This document shows positions 37,851-50,614 of a stretch of 64,000 nucleotides of DNA, piece after piece. The translations under genes and the position numbers were made by a program. Each line of letters begins with the position of its first letter. Positions within the stretch are counted from its first letter, which is position 1. Source of the DNA: Phoronis australis. Its lineage: Eukaryota > Animalia > Phoronida. The notes beneath the pieces were generated by a model. The model was not told the origin of the DNA. It did not search any database and was given only the letters and a program-made list of their open reading frames with translations. The stretch spans positions 490,417-554,416 of the forward strand of contig NMRA01000217.1 of assembly GCA_002633005.1 (NCBI GenBank). The letters run 5' to 3'.

Positions 37851-38542
37851 CATCAGTAAAAATTCAAACTTTTTACGTACAATCGGTAAAAATACCTGGT
37901 GAGCGGGTTGAATTCTGTTTCAGTGACAGAGAACCACTTCGAATAATGCAATTTAGTCTGTTCTTCCCGTTCCAGGCATCTTTAACGAAATCAAATGTCA
38001 TTTCTGGGCTTAAAAAGAATTGGCAGATCGCCATTGCTTCAAAACGAGGCTCGTTATGAACTTTCTTTTTCTTCGCCAAGGTGCATGCGCAAAATGACGC
38101 CATTTCGCACTACGAGTAACAGCGCACTCTTCCACTGAACATTGTTGGACATTTTGCAAATAAGCAGTAATGTACTTTTTGGTTTGGAGTAAGTGCCAAT
38201 GTTTCGGTTTGATAAGGAATGTGCATGGTTCGGAATCATCAAATGATTGTAAAGGAATTACTGTGTTTCGTCTTCCTTTGGTCGCTACCCTACTGGCCAG
38301 AAAATAGAGGAGTTAGTTTCCTGCAAAGACCCATGGCGTTCAGCAATGGAGGCGCAGTGGCGGTGCGTTAACCTTCCAGCCTAGAGAAAGGGCGATGTAG
38401 TGCCAATGACTTCAAAACCACAATTTACCACTCCATACCCCCCGACCTATCTCGTTCCCATACTCAACTTGCATTGGAGTGCGTTTGGACTGAAATCACG
38501 ACAGCTCGTTGTTAATTGTTCAAAAAACGACGAACGCTTATN

Positions 38543-39915
38543 ATTTCGCTCTTACGGATTTATTGGTATTTGGACACACCGTAGCCTACAAAGTTTGGCA
38601 GGCCAATAAGGTCCGTAGCAGGAGTTTGGGGTCTGTTCGGAGATAATTTCGAAGTATTTTCCGTGAGATACAGACACGAGAACCTAGATCTGTGTTGTTT
38701 AGACTTGTGATTTTTTGAGTTCTAAACACAAAGCGCTTGATAGCCTGGCCAGTGGATCGGAGACCGATTGGGCCCGTCGCGGCCGACCGGATTGACTCGT
38801 TATCCCCGCCAGTGCCGGGCTCCACACATCGCGAACATAAACCAGCCAAAGTTCAGTGGAAACTAAACTTTCAGTCAAGAAAATACTATACTAGTGAGCC
38901 AAAGTAATGTGCACCTGATTATGTTGGTGAACTAACCACGAAACTGCAAATCTACCTACTCGTCGTGGGCCGCGAATTCAGGTTCCGCTTTGGCCACAGC
39001 ACCGTCAGGGCAGAAGTTGTACATTGACAATCATTATTTGAGTAAGGTAAATATAAATAAAGATTCCCCTAACACCTGGCCGTGGGATGGAAATCGAGTT
39101 TCACAACAGTTTCTGCCAGCAAACACTATATTAGCATGTGCTCACACGGCCTAGGTGTCCCGTCAATTAGTTCTATTGCACCTAAAGCCGGTAACGCAGT
39201 GCCTTTGCTGGCTTCTCAAATCATGTGCACTCACAAACACTCCAAAGGCATTACAAATTGCATCTAACGAGACAGACTTTGTTTCAGTTTTATATAAGTA
39301 TTTGTTAGGGTGAGAATAATTCATTTTGAAACAGAACGCTCAGTAATAAACGCCAACATGGCACTCGCAATCCCGACTTAGGACGAGCTAGAGCTCATCA
39401 GTCCCGACTTCGCAGGTGGATCGTTAAGTTTTACAGGCTATCAATTCGAACAGGAATACAGTGATGAAAAAATACTAGAGAGGCGCCGTGAACAAACTCA
39501 GACAACGTAACGTATGGAGTTATTTGGTAAGCCGGCATTCGTCAGGCACTGTCGACGTCTGCAGGCCACAGACACGGAGATGTTTTACGGCCTCATACTT
39601 GCTATTTACAGCGTACATTTCACTCTTCACTACCATGAGCCACTTCCTAAGCATTTCGGACACTCGAGGAAGTAAAAAAACGATATACCCGCATTCCTCG
39701 CAGCTGCTTAGTTCGGACAAGCAGGAACGATGCACCGCAACACAGCGGCATTCACTCTGCATATGAACCAATGACGTCGCTAGCGTCGTTTCTCTCCTTC
39801 CTCACAGGTTAACGCGACACCTCTTGGCAAGGTAAGGTCGACCGTATGCGAGGCGATGTGGATATAGAACGATTAAGACGGCAAAAAGACTAATTAAATT
39901 GGGTGGCATTCTCCT
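38543..39915 (-). mobile_element. Kolobok-type THAP element, second copy (left end missing at an N join)
   Basis: Colinear with 18187-19356; ends ggtggcattctcct|ttaa; has ~220 bp extra at 39338-39560. Confidence 0.8.
39520..39750 (-). pseudogene. Frameshifted THAP domain remnant
   Basis: SEMLRKWLMVVKSEMYAVNSKYEAVKHLRVCG aligns with the 18988-19191 THAP. Confidence 0.75.
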
Positions 39916-40298
39916 TTAATTGTTCAATAAACGACGAACGCTATTCAACGCCTGAACGAGTGAGGTGAAATTTTTACTCGCGCTTTTCTTTTCCTCTCGT
40001 AGTTTGAAGCGTATACTCCTTTACGTTGAGCCCTACCCGGGGTACTAGGGTTATATTCCCGACTGAATCCTTGGCCATGCATGCAAGCCAACCCCAATAA
40101 ACTCTGAAGTGTTTTCTTGAGTCGACAATGGTTCCAGTGTTCTTGTTGGAAACGGCAAGGGATATTATGAGAACGATGTCACGAACGTAACAGACCTTAT
40201 TCGATTTTCGTGTTGAGATAGCTCAACAGGGAAAATGGAGCGATAATTAAACTATTAGCGTCAAAGTCACTTGAACGTGTATTTCTGTATACGAGCTT

Positions 40299-40531
40299 CA
40301 GGTTCTGTTTCATGAATGTCACAATTGCTGCAAAAAGTTTAGCTAAGTTTCTATGAGCGCATCACACTCTAGAAATAATTTTAAGAATTATCTCAGTAAT
40401 TACCAGTTACAGCGTAAATTCTCAGAGACTTAGCAGTTTTGCTAAAGTGAGATTTATTTTTTTTTTAAGAAATGTGTGTGACCGTTAGACCAAATGTATA
40501 ACTTAGGTCACTTTTCATGAAACAAACCCTC
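40299..40531. mobile_element. ~230 bp MITE (Harbinger-group-like ends)
   Basis: Imperfect TIR aggttctgtttcatgaa / ttcatgaaacaaaccct. Confidence 0.5.
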
Positions 40532-41982
40532 GACGTATTTCACGTTTTGAGCGAATAATGAAATCGTCACAAAATGTGCTAAATCCTTCATTGTAATAAT
40601 GACGCAAAACGTGGTATTAAGACAACAATACGCACACACATAAAACAGAAATTAGGTGAGTGTATGTCTTCAATTTAACATAAAAGTGAATCCCAATTTA
40701 GGTGTATTGACAACCTTTGTATTCTTGTATCATTTTTTTTCAGTTATTGCGAGGCTACATTTTGACGAGGGTGGAGGGAACCTCATTTTCCAAAAGAGAA
40801 ACGGTCGTTCATATACATGTATACATGTATTTGCCCTAAAATCCAGTCGTCGGTGTTCTTTTTGGTCATGCCTGGAGGGCACACGCATAAAAAATGAGTA
40901 CTTCCCGTCGATGCATCCAGAGATCCGCCACAGTTGAAATTTCAATCTCTAATCAAACTAATGGTTTCAGTTACAGATTTATAAAAGGACCACGAGCCCT
41001 GGAAGGTTTGCACAAACATGTGTTAACATAATCAAGGCGTTCTCAGTGACACATTTCACATGAACGTGTTTTATAGTGTTCACCTACATGAACAATGTAA
41101 CATGTTTATTCAGGGAAGGAATCCAATCCTCTCTCACTCAAAGTTCTGTATTTTCCCTTGTCATTGATCCTGCAGTTTTCAAACTAGTGAGCTTATAACT
41201 TGTTCACCTTGTAGGCCTAATTCCTGGAAATTTGCGGCGGAGACTTGCTGCCAAAGTAGCCGGATAAGGAATAGAAATAATTGATAATTAAATTATTTTT
41301 CCAAAAAAAAACAAGCACCCTTTTTTAACCGCAATCTAAATGGTTGAGTATTATGGTTATCCACCTGCACCTCTGTCAAAAAAATGATCAAGTACCGCGT
41401 GGATAATCAACACTTCGAGCATTTTTCTACTTTCAGCATCAAGCTCGTAATGCATTCAATCTATTTTCGCCAGACAACACTTCTATTGATGATTGTTACA
41501 ATACATGCAACCCACGTGGGTGGAAAACCCTTGAGGTAAGCAACAGTGAGTGAATTGCACTTACATGTAACTAAGCCTGGCGATTGAATCGATGAGCGTG
41601 AATAAATGACTCGCTTTCCAACGACTGTAGCTATAATTAAATGAGCACTGATAATTCTGTCCCTTGATTGACTGAAAACTAGTACGTACAACAACTTCCG
41701 ATATAGCGTGACATTTGCCAACTGAGGTGACACTCATCCGATTTTGCTGATTTTGGGTTTGAAAAAAGAGTCTTACCAGTGCTAACGGCCATTTGCACAG
41801 GGTGTGCAAAACCTGGAGGGGGCCAAAAACTTCAAAAGCCTTGCACAAAAGCTAAAGATTTGGTTTCAAAGTCAATTTTCCATCTTTTGCGGCTACCGGA
41901 ATTGCAGTTGGCTACTTCAAAAAACGAGCAAAAAACACCAAAAGAGCAGTTTTTTTAACCAAAAGCCACTATTTCCGTGCAA

Positions 41983-44498
41983 TTAAGAGGCAGTCTACAT
42001 AAAAACCCGATTTTCAAAATTCAAAACGACTTCATTTTTTGTACATGGATAGTTATCTTAAAAATATCTAAATGCCGCATTTTGTGCACTCAATGACGCA
42101 TAATTTCACCACTGGACCATTAGAACGTCTCGAAAATTATATGTTTTCAGCAACGAAAATCAGTAACTTACGAACTATATTGAAAGTTGTGCTTTAGTAG
42201 CTGGAATAGCCAATGTATATTTGGCATAATTATTTGGCATTTATTCAAATTTGACAGCTTCGTGCTAGACAGGGGAGATAATCCACATACCACTTTTCCT
42301 AGCTAATTTTAGTGGAAGTTTTTATAACCCTCTTACCGCCATATTGCACCTTGTAGCTCTATGTAACTTTTTGAACATACAGCTAAAGAGTTAATCTTGA
42401 CTGAGCAAAAATGTCTTGCCTCAACTTTACATTTTAGTGAAAATTGTCTTGCAAAACTGCCCATTTCTGAAATGAAGAGCAGAGTTTAAAGACCAGTTGA
42501 ACGAAAACATGAACAAGAATTTTGCATTAAATTGTTATAAAAATCAAGTCTAAGCTCTTTCAAATGAAAACAAGTTTTTTCTATATGTATTGCGCAGTCA
42601 GTATCAAACTGAACCCGATGACCTTTGCCCAGTCAGTCATTTGATGATCAAGTGTTAGGACATAGGTGTATATTAAAAACTTGTACATGTAACTCGCTTG
42701 TTTTCTCCCATTAAGAGGTTAAATTGAACACCTTTGAATTTTTGAACTTGTAAGAATTGTTATTTGTAAAGACTGGTCGATGGTATCATGTGCTTAAAGT
42801 CGAAATGGGCAACGAAGGTTCTTTTTGTTCTTTTAAACAGTTTTCAACAAAAAGTGCTATCACGAAAGCTTTGTGGCTTTAGTTAGGCATGCTAAAGACA
42901 CTTCAGAACATCTGTGATGCTGGAGAGTATTGACCCCATAAATCAAGGCCAGTTGCAAAGTATGGGCTCGTACTAGTAAGTCGTGAAGTCAAATCAGCAG
43001 CATTGTTCACCGAAGAGAATTAGCTGGCGGTTTTCACCCAAGCACAAAGCTCCTGTACCTTGAACACCTGAAATGACAGCAGTCAGTCTAGCGGCGTAGC
43101 GAGCACCTCAAGTGGCACCCTCGCTCCCACCCTCCCCGGTTGGTAGCCGTGTAACGCCCCGGTTAACATATACGTGGTCCCCCGCTTGGACAACACCCTC
43201 TTCTGCATGCGCCCTGGGGCACCTGACTACCCCTGGCTAAGTCACAGAGGCAGTCACACGATATCTTAGTCCAGGCCATAACTCATGTTGAACATTGTTG
43301 ACCTAAAGACTTCCCTGAAAAGAGTCATTAATAAAATTGTCTTTCATGAATTGTTTTCTATTGACCTTGAATGTTTGCTTCACTGCCATAAATATTCGAT
43401 GTTGAGTGCAAACGTCAGATTTCTGTCGATCGGTGGAGACTAGCAACCAAGGGAAACATTACACCATGAACGCAAAATTGCAAATTTTTTACCTAGTTGA
43501 CGAATTTTTGCACTGAACAGAGGTCCACAACCCCTTTTTAAGCCAATGGCTCTCACAACGAAGATAAAAAACGAAAGAAGGCAGATTCGGCTTCTAGTCG
43601 CGTCCAGTCTCCATGGAGACAAATAGCGACGCCATCTATCATACGGCCGAAGTACGCATGCCAGTCATATTTATGTAACATCAATGTGTTTTTCAAGGAA
43701 TAATAATTAGTAACGCTGTTTTTCTCTAAGATACAAGCTATTTTTGTCATGTTTTTGCAAGCTAATTACATGTTCCAAGCGCCCTCTATTGAGGCAACTG
43801 AGAACAGGCAAATAGGACCAAGTGCAGTTGGTGTAACGTTTCGTAAGTAAAAACTACGGGAGAGACAAGATTTTTTTTGTTTCATATTACGAACAGGTTA
43901 GGAATGACTGAACAAATTACTATAAAGCCAGTTCTTGGAAAGGTGCAATATGGCTGTTATGGAGTGCCAAATTTGGCCGAAAATGGCTTCAGTGAAAACC
44001 TTCAAAGTGGCCGCTTTTGCCATACAAAATCAAGACATACAGATATAAAAGTGAACACGTTATGCCATTGAATTATTCAATCATAGTCCTTTCAAACTGT
44101 ATCGCTCATTCGTTATCAGCTTACTACATGTATACATGCTAGTAAAATGCATTCAAACATGTCTACTTCGGCGCCCATAAAAAGAGAAATAATGGATGAG
44201 AATTCTTAAAAATTGAGATTTGTCTACATCTCACCAAACCAAACCCATGTGCTAAGTCTATGTATCTGAAATCTATCTGTTGGTTTTTAAACAGAGTAAC
44301 TATAAATACCAACTGAGGGACATTAATACGAAATGAGAGACAATGCTTTCAGACTGTCATAACTCTACTGATTATAGAAATCAAGCAAATGCCATTCGCA
44401 GCCTTCACGTGCAGCACACAACTTTTAAAAATTCCCGACCAACTGAACAGGGGCTACTTTTTAAAGAAATTGGCCCAGTCAAATTCAACCATAGCTCA
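41983..44498 (+). repeat. Composite repeat unit, copy C (older, shorter)
   Basis: Colinear but more diverged match to copy B 26443-32750 and 36996-37112; lacks the IS3EU, ISL2EU-like and CWG-MITE insertions but has the 8-bp-TSD hAT MITE at 43089-43247. Confidence 0.88.
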
Positions 44499-45560
44499 CC
44501 TAACACTTAATGTGTATTATCAATTTTTATTCCTGTCGTCAGACTGTCGCTATTCGCGATCTGACCAATCAGACGCCGTGGAAACCATAAACCCTGATAT
44601 GTACACTGCAGACGATGGCAGTATATCATTACTAATCTAATAAGAGGCAAAAACCGAGGAAAGAAGCCATATCAGTCGTGTAATGATACAGACATAGACC
44701 GACCGTTCGAGCGCGCACAGATCATATGGACTTCAGTACACAAGAATTGAAGCGTGTTCAATGAGGCGGGCACTCGCCCATACGTGTAAGAGAACACTTC
44801 GGGTATAGGCCCACTCACATATTTTTCGGATCGCATTGACTGAAAACATAAAGGACAGGTCAGATCTGCTGAGATTGCTTTCGTATGCGAGACAAAAAGA
44901 TTTTTTTTGAGGTGCGCACAATTTCACATCAATAGTAGGATGTTTAGTGATGACGTATCTGCCACTATTATAACGCGATTTGGACCCACATATAGGAACA
45001 GAAATGCACAGTCACATCTCGTTTTCAAACACTTAGCAGGTACTGAATTTATTCCAATTGAAAAGGTCGTCACACTAAACAAGCGCTTGACGCTTAGCCT
45101 AGCTTACGTCAACTCGCCAAATGCGACTTATAGAAAATCCCAGTTCGCCAAATGAAAACTGAGGTCGCCGACCAAAAAAAAAACGTCATGCCGATGCCGC
45201 CATTATCCAAAATTACGCATACCATTTCTTCCGTCAATATACACGATTTGCTGGTATTGCAGTATACATTATGTTTACGCGACACAAGGCTGCCTTTTTT
45301 CCTTCATTCAACACGGGTCTCGATGTCGACTTAAAAATGATGACCCCAGTTCATATAAATTCTCGAGTTGTATTTTGATGTCCTCATCCTAACTCAATGT
45401 AACGTAATCCCTCCCTAAAGAGAACACAGACACTCGGAAACACTACAGGCGCGTTTCGTGGTCCAACGTTACCCTATTTTTATTGGTCAATTCCGACTTC
45501 CGTCTGTTTACTTCCTGTTGTAACTGAGCGCGTGTTTGTGCTGATTTTTGGTCGTTCTAG

Positions 45561-45780
45561 ATTATTGAAACGGTACTATGACGACGACATTGCACCTTTC
45601 GACATCGACGGAGATGGCAAGTACACACCCGGAGAAGCCCGAAGTATAATCCAGTACCTAGGTTTTGACGTCAGTTACCTAACGGTCGCCTCGCTGATTG
45701 GAACCTTTGATCGGAACCAAGACGGTCAAATAGATCGTGCAGAATTAGATGTGTTACTACACAAGCTGAGACAAGAATAA
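45561..45780 (+). CDS. Terminal coding exon of a two-EF-hand calcium-binding protein
   Basis: Canonical loops DIDGDGKYTPGE and DRNQDGQIDRAE with helix-loop-helix spacing; acceptor ctgatttttggtcgttctag at 45560 (phase 2); stop TAA; AATAAA at 45989. Upstream exon(s) not identified. Confidence 0.85.
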
Positions 45781-46720
45781 GCAATGATTTTGAAACAGTT
45801 ATTGTGGTTGAGCGCTGGTGATTGTTTCGTGTCGTCGATTAACATGATGGGGAGGTATGTGATTTGGTGCGTGTATAGGGACCATTAATTTGTCATTTAA
45901 ATTGCAAATACACAATATATATTTATTATTGGGATCTTGTTCTACATTGGCTTCGTGGAAATTCCAGTCTCTCCTTGTGATTGGTGACAATAAACACAAG
46001 ACTTGTAGTATAATTTATTCAGATTGACTTCAACGAAACCTTAACCAACACACATTGAAAAGAAACGAGGTTTCCTTTTGGAGATTTCCACGGAATATGC
46101 GGTTGGTTAAATTCTTAAATACTTACGTCTCATTTCAAATGAAAAATTCTGTCAGCCTGGGGTAGACTACCGGAGTTTCATCTGCGTAACTGTAGCATAC
46201 ATTGGCTTCAAATAAATGCACACTCCGCTTTCTGTCGTCTGAGATAGAAATTTGTGGAATCGAATCTTTGAATTGGAACGCGTCACAAACCAGTGTACTG
46301 TACAGTGTATTAGATGTTTAGTGATGACGCAAATGACGCTATCATGACGCGATTTAGGCCCACAGACAGCAATAGAAATGCACAGTCATATCACATTTTC
46401 CAAAACTTTACAGTCCTTGGACCTTTCTGATTCCTGTAAGCACAGGGACAATTTAGCACTTGAATTTTTTACAAAATATATGTACATGTATTTGGGTTAT
46501 TCGGTGTGCTCCGACAACAGTTGCACCCATTACATGCCCCGATTTCATATAGCCAGGTAATAATGTTCGGAGTGTTTAGTAACTATCAGCGATACGTAAA
46601 TGTGACTTAATTATAGTAATCGTGTTTCATTTTGTGTCCAAAACGTCGACATGACGTCACAGTAAACAATTGAATTATACTGACGACATTAACTATTGAC
46701 TACGCCAACATTACAAGTAA

Positions 46721-47338
46721 ATGGACAATCTAAGACGCACCACTGCTGGATCGTATTTTGTTTTTAACTTCGGTACCATCTATGTTATCTCTGCTTGCCA
46801 AGTGGCAGCTGGTGTGTCATGCTTCGTCACTGGCGGAATCATTTATTCTAACTGGACCGAAGCGTCCCTCTTCTTCTCAAGCACAGAGGTTTGGTGTGAA
46901 TTCTTCTTCCTGATCGCCGGCGTTTCTGGAATCCTGTGCGATCGTTACAAACGCAAGGCCAACGTCGTCCTCCATATGGTGCTTAACTCCATGGCTTTGA
47001 TGTCGGCAGCCATTTTGTTAATCGATACGTTCATCAAGTACTCCTATTTAGAGGAGATCCGGGTTTTATTCAAGATTTCCTTCATAATGCTGGCATTAGG
47101 CTCTATATGTGAACTGACTTTCTCCGGATACTGTCTCTGGTTGTGTGCCAGCTACATTTTCAAACATTCTCCGCTAATTGTGCTACAGAATGACCAAGTC
47201 CAAGGTCTACCAGGAGACATTTCTCCTACCGTGAGCCAAGGTGACCCTAGTGGACGCTTACAGACCTCTCAAGTTCAATTCCAGTTGCCGCCCACCTTAA
47301 CGCGGAATTTCAACCAAATTCATTCAGGTTTATTTTGA
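46721..47338 (+). CDS. Intronless CD20/MS4A-like four-transmembrane protein (205 aa)
   Basis: Four hydrophobic helices; CQVAAG in TM1 and W..FFLIAGVSGI in TM2 fit the CD20-family pattern; Cys near end of TM4; P/Q-rich tail. Confidence 0.75.
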   Translation: MDNLRRTTAGSYFVFNFGTIYVISACQVAAGVSCFVTGGIIYSNWTEASLFFSSTEVWCEFFFLIAGVSGILCDRYKRKANVVLHMVLNSMALMSAAILLIDTFIKYSYLEEIRVLFKISFIMLALGSICELTFSGYCLWLCASYIFKHSPLIVLQNDQVQGLPGDISPTVSQGDPSGRLQTSQVQFQLPPTLTRNFNQIHSGLF

Positions 47339-49374
47339 CCTTTATTACTTTAATACACAATGCTATCGCAACACTATTACATGTACATCAAGGTCATCAG
47401 TACTAGACAGACATCGAAGTTTGTGTGCAAAAAGCCCATTTCTTCGTTACACATTCAAACACATCAATGACCTTTTCCACCGACAATCGATGAATAGACT
47501 CAACAAATATCGTAAGCACCAATGCCCGCTGGCAGTGAACTTGGTGCACCATTGACGCCAAAGTTAGTGATTATTGTTTTCGTCTTTGTACATGTACATG
47601 TACGTACACGTAACGAGACCACTTTCAAGGTATTTTGTGCTTTCCAAGTGCCAAACATCACAAATTTATGACACGACACGCTAGCACGCATGCGTACTTG
47701 ATGAAGGAAACGAGAAATTGTCTACCACTGATATTCATAATCATATAATTATGATTTTGCTTCACCCACGTGTGGCATTCTGGTCTCAGATCCTACGTGG
47801 TAACTGTTCTTCAGCGGCAATTCTAGGGGGCTGGCACACAAATCGGACAGATGCACATGAAGAATTCAAGGCTTTCAGATGAGAACTAAGTAACTAAAAT
47901 GCTGAGGAAAACAATGGGATGGACGTGGATGTGACGGTTAAGACGAATCACCTTTCCATCCTCCACTAAAAACTCCCTTATTCATATACAAGTGTACTTT
48001 CGTCTGCGTCGCGTATCGCGTTACTAATGCCGTTCTAGTATGCCATTGCTGACAACGTTTAAATTATAGGGTCCTCCAAGCTAATCTTTTAGCCGATTTT
48101 TAAACTAATTATGCACGTAGCACGAAAATTAAATTTTATATTAAAGTAAATTCAACCGTTGAAAATTTATGTTTGGACCCTCGCTCTACACCATCAGTAA
48201 CAATGACTTCTTCGAAAATTGATATTCATTGGGAGTCCTAAGTTTGCGCAAATGCAAAAAATGGTCGAACTTTAAAACCCCGTCTTTTCCATTACAATCG
48301 CAGTCCTCCCTCCTTCTTTTTCGTCTCTCGCCTTTTTGACCCCGTCCTTCCCAATTGTAACCAACGTTTAACATTGGTTGATCAATCCGGATTCCGTAGA
48401 CATTAACCCACGTGCACCTACTGTACAGTGTAATGGACTGCCATCTAACCATTAACGCAAGCAGTTCATGTTTGGTACTACGAAGACGCAATACTTCTTC
48501 ATACAGGTGTGGCTACTCTGCAAATTCCAATAACGCGTCAAGAATACATGTACAGTGGTCAGAGCCCGGGGCCTGATCTATGTACTCGAAACTCGACTCA
48601 AAAATTAACCAATCGCCTGGCGCGATTCTAGTTAACTTACAAATTTGTGCCCGAATCATGTCGCGTGGTTAAATTTGATTCTCAGCCTAATACGAGTTTG
48701 AAGAGAACGACCCTTTATATGTTACACAAGGGTTGACCAAAAAGTTCTCGGTATCACCCAGAAACGCGGCATGAATTACAGACCCGTCATGGTTTTGCAT
48801 TTGAAAATCTCAGAAAATCATAAATAGGGACAAACATTTACCGTCACAGACATGGGTTCTATTTTGTCCGTGTTCACCCTTCCTCTCATTTCACGGCCGG
48901 ATCTGTTTCATGAGAAGCGACTTAAAACAACACGTATAGCTTTTAGACAGACATTTGGTCTTGCGCTCCACATAACTATTTCAGAAAAATAAGAAAATTA
49001 ATTTAAGGAAAAGAAGAAAATAACACAGACTTTATTCACTACTTGCTTCCTACTGAAAACAATTTTACCAATGATTTTCATTCAGTCGTGTTCTAATAAT
49101 TGCATTACCAGTAAACCTTTCTGTGGTAATTTGAAGTGGAAGCGTAAGACCAAATTTTACAAAGTCTTACGTCACTTTCACGAAAAATCTCATAATTAAC
49201 GTGGAGTGCCACATAGATGAGAACCTCGCAGAAACGCAAGATTTCAGCGAAGCTCGTGACCACATAGACAGTTATCTGCGTAGCTTCCTTCACGATATTC
49301 CAGGGTCTACGGAACGATCGCATTTCTTATTTATACCCTGACGAGTGCATGCCTGTTTTGATAAGAATAACACG

Positions 49375-49830
49375 TACGGTGGCCCAAAACTCATTTCGAA
49401 AATAAGGTGACATTGCAAAAAATCACTTTTCTCCTCGGAGAAAAGCTTTCGGCCGCGGAGAAAACTTTTCGGTGTATTAAATGTTTATCTACACATCTCG
49501 CACAATGCTTCGTATGCTGGATCTTTTACTTACCAATTAGTGATGGAGATTGCATTTCCAATTCAAAAGTGTTTTAACTGTGTCACGCTAATTCCACAGG
49601 ACACAACACTCAGAGCACCGTTTCGAATGTGGAGAAAACTTTTTCCGTGGCGGAAAGATTTTCTTTGCGAAGAAGTACTTTTTTCCGCTGAGAAAAGTTA
49701 TTTAAGTGACGACATATTTTTTTTGGGTAAAGAAATTTTTCCACGCAAAGATTTTCTTCTCTTTGGAGAAAAGAGATATTTTTTCATAATATCGCTTTAT
49801 ACATGTAAGTGTCAGTTTTGGGCCACGGTA
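49375..49830. mobile_element. ~455 bp MITE with TAC..GTA termini (IS3EU-like)
   Basis: 17-bp TIR tacggtggcccaaaact / agttttgggccacggta; internal ggagaaaactttt subrepeats; no clear TSD. Confidence 0.65.
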
Positions 49831-50614
49831 CAAACCTGATAATAAATATTTGATCAAAACTTTGGAAAAGCGATTCTCAGTCAGTGAAGAGCCGATAATT
49901 GCATGTTCGAGTAAGTTTTCCGTTCTATGATTACTTACCCGGTATTTAATTCTTAACCTCCCCTTTTCCCCGAAGTGATTTTGCATACACAAAAAGCCCC
50001 ATATCGCTCTTTTGAAAAAATATAGCGAGTGCTCTTGAATAAACTTGTATCGCTTACCACATATTCAATTAGCAACGAGCTGTAAAAATGCTGTAAGAGG
50101 GAGCTAGTAGTTGCTCTTAACATTAGAGAATTCTATTCAGAAATGTTTGCATCGGAGGCGCTAATTTGCTTCTACATTATATTTCAACTTTGTTTCTCTT
50201 GAAATACCAGCCAGGTTTCACGTTAGCAAGAATTTAGCAACAGGACTATAGAGTAATCAGGGGACGCCTCCGTTGACGTTGAACTTATTTTAAATGAACC
50301 TTAGAACCAAAATTGATTATGGAAATTTTGCCTTATTTCCGTACCCGAGCCATCGTCAGGGATGTACATGTAAACCAATCTCGAAAGAGTCCCCATGGAA
50401 GTTTTCTGTTCTTGTTTACAAAGGAAATATCTGGAGCTTTTTATGCCAGTGGGGACTCTTTTAAAAAATCCCTGGTCTGCTCTTACATCTACACCTGTAC
50501 ATGTATTCCCTAAAAAGGTTACAGCTCTTGAGTTTCTAGGTGAGTCCGAGAATGTTTTAAGCAAACATGGAAGTCCATCGTCGCCCTTAAAATGTCGTTG
50601 TATCAATCAGTTCT

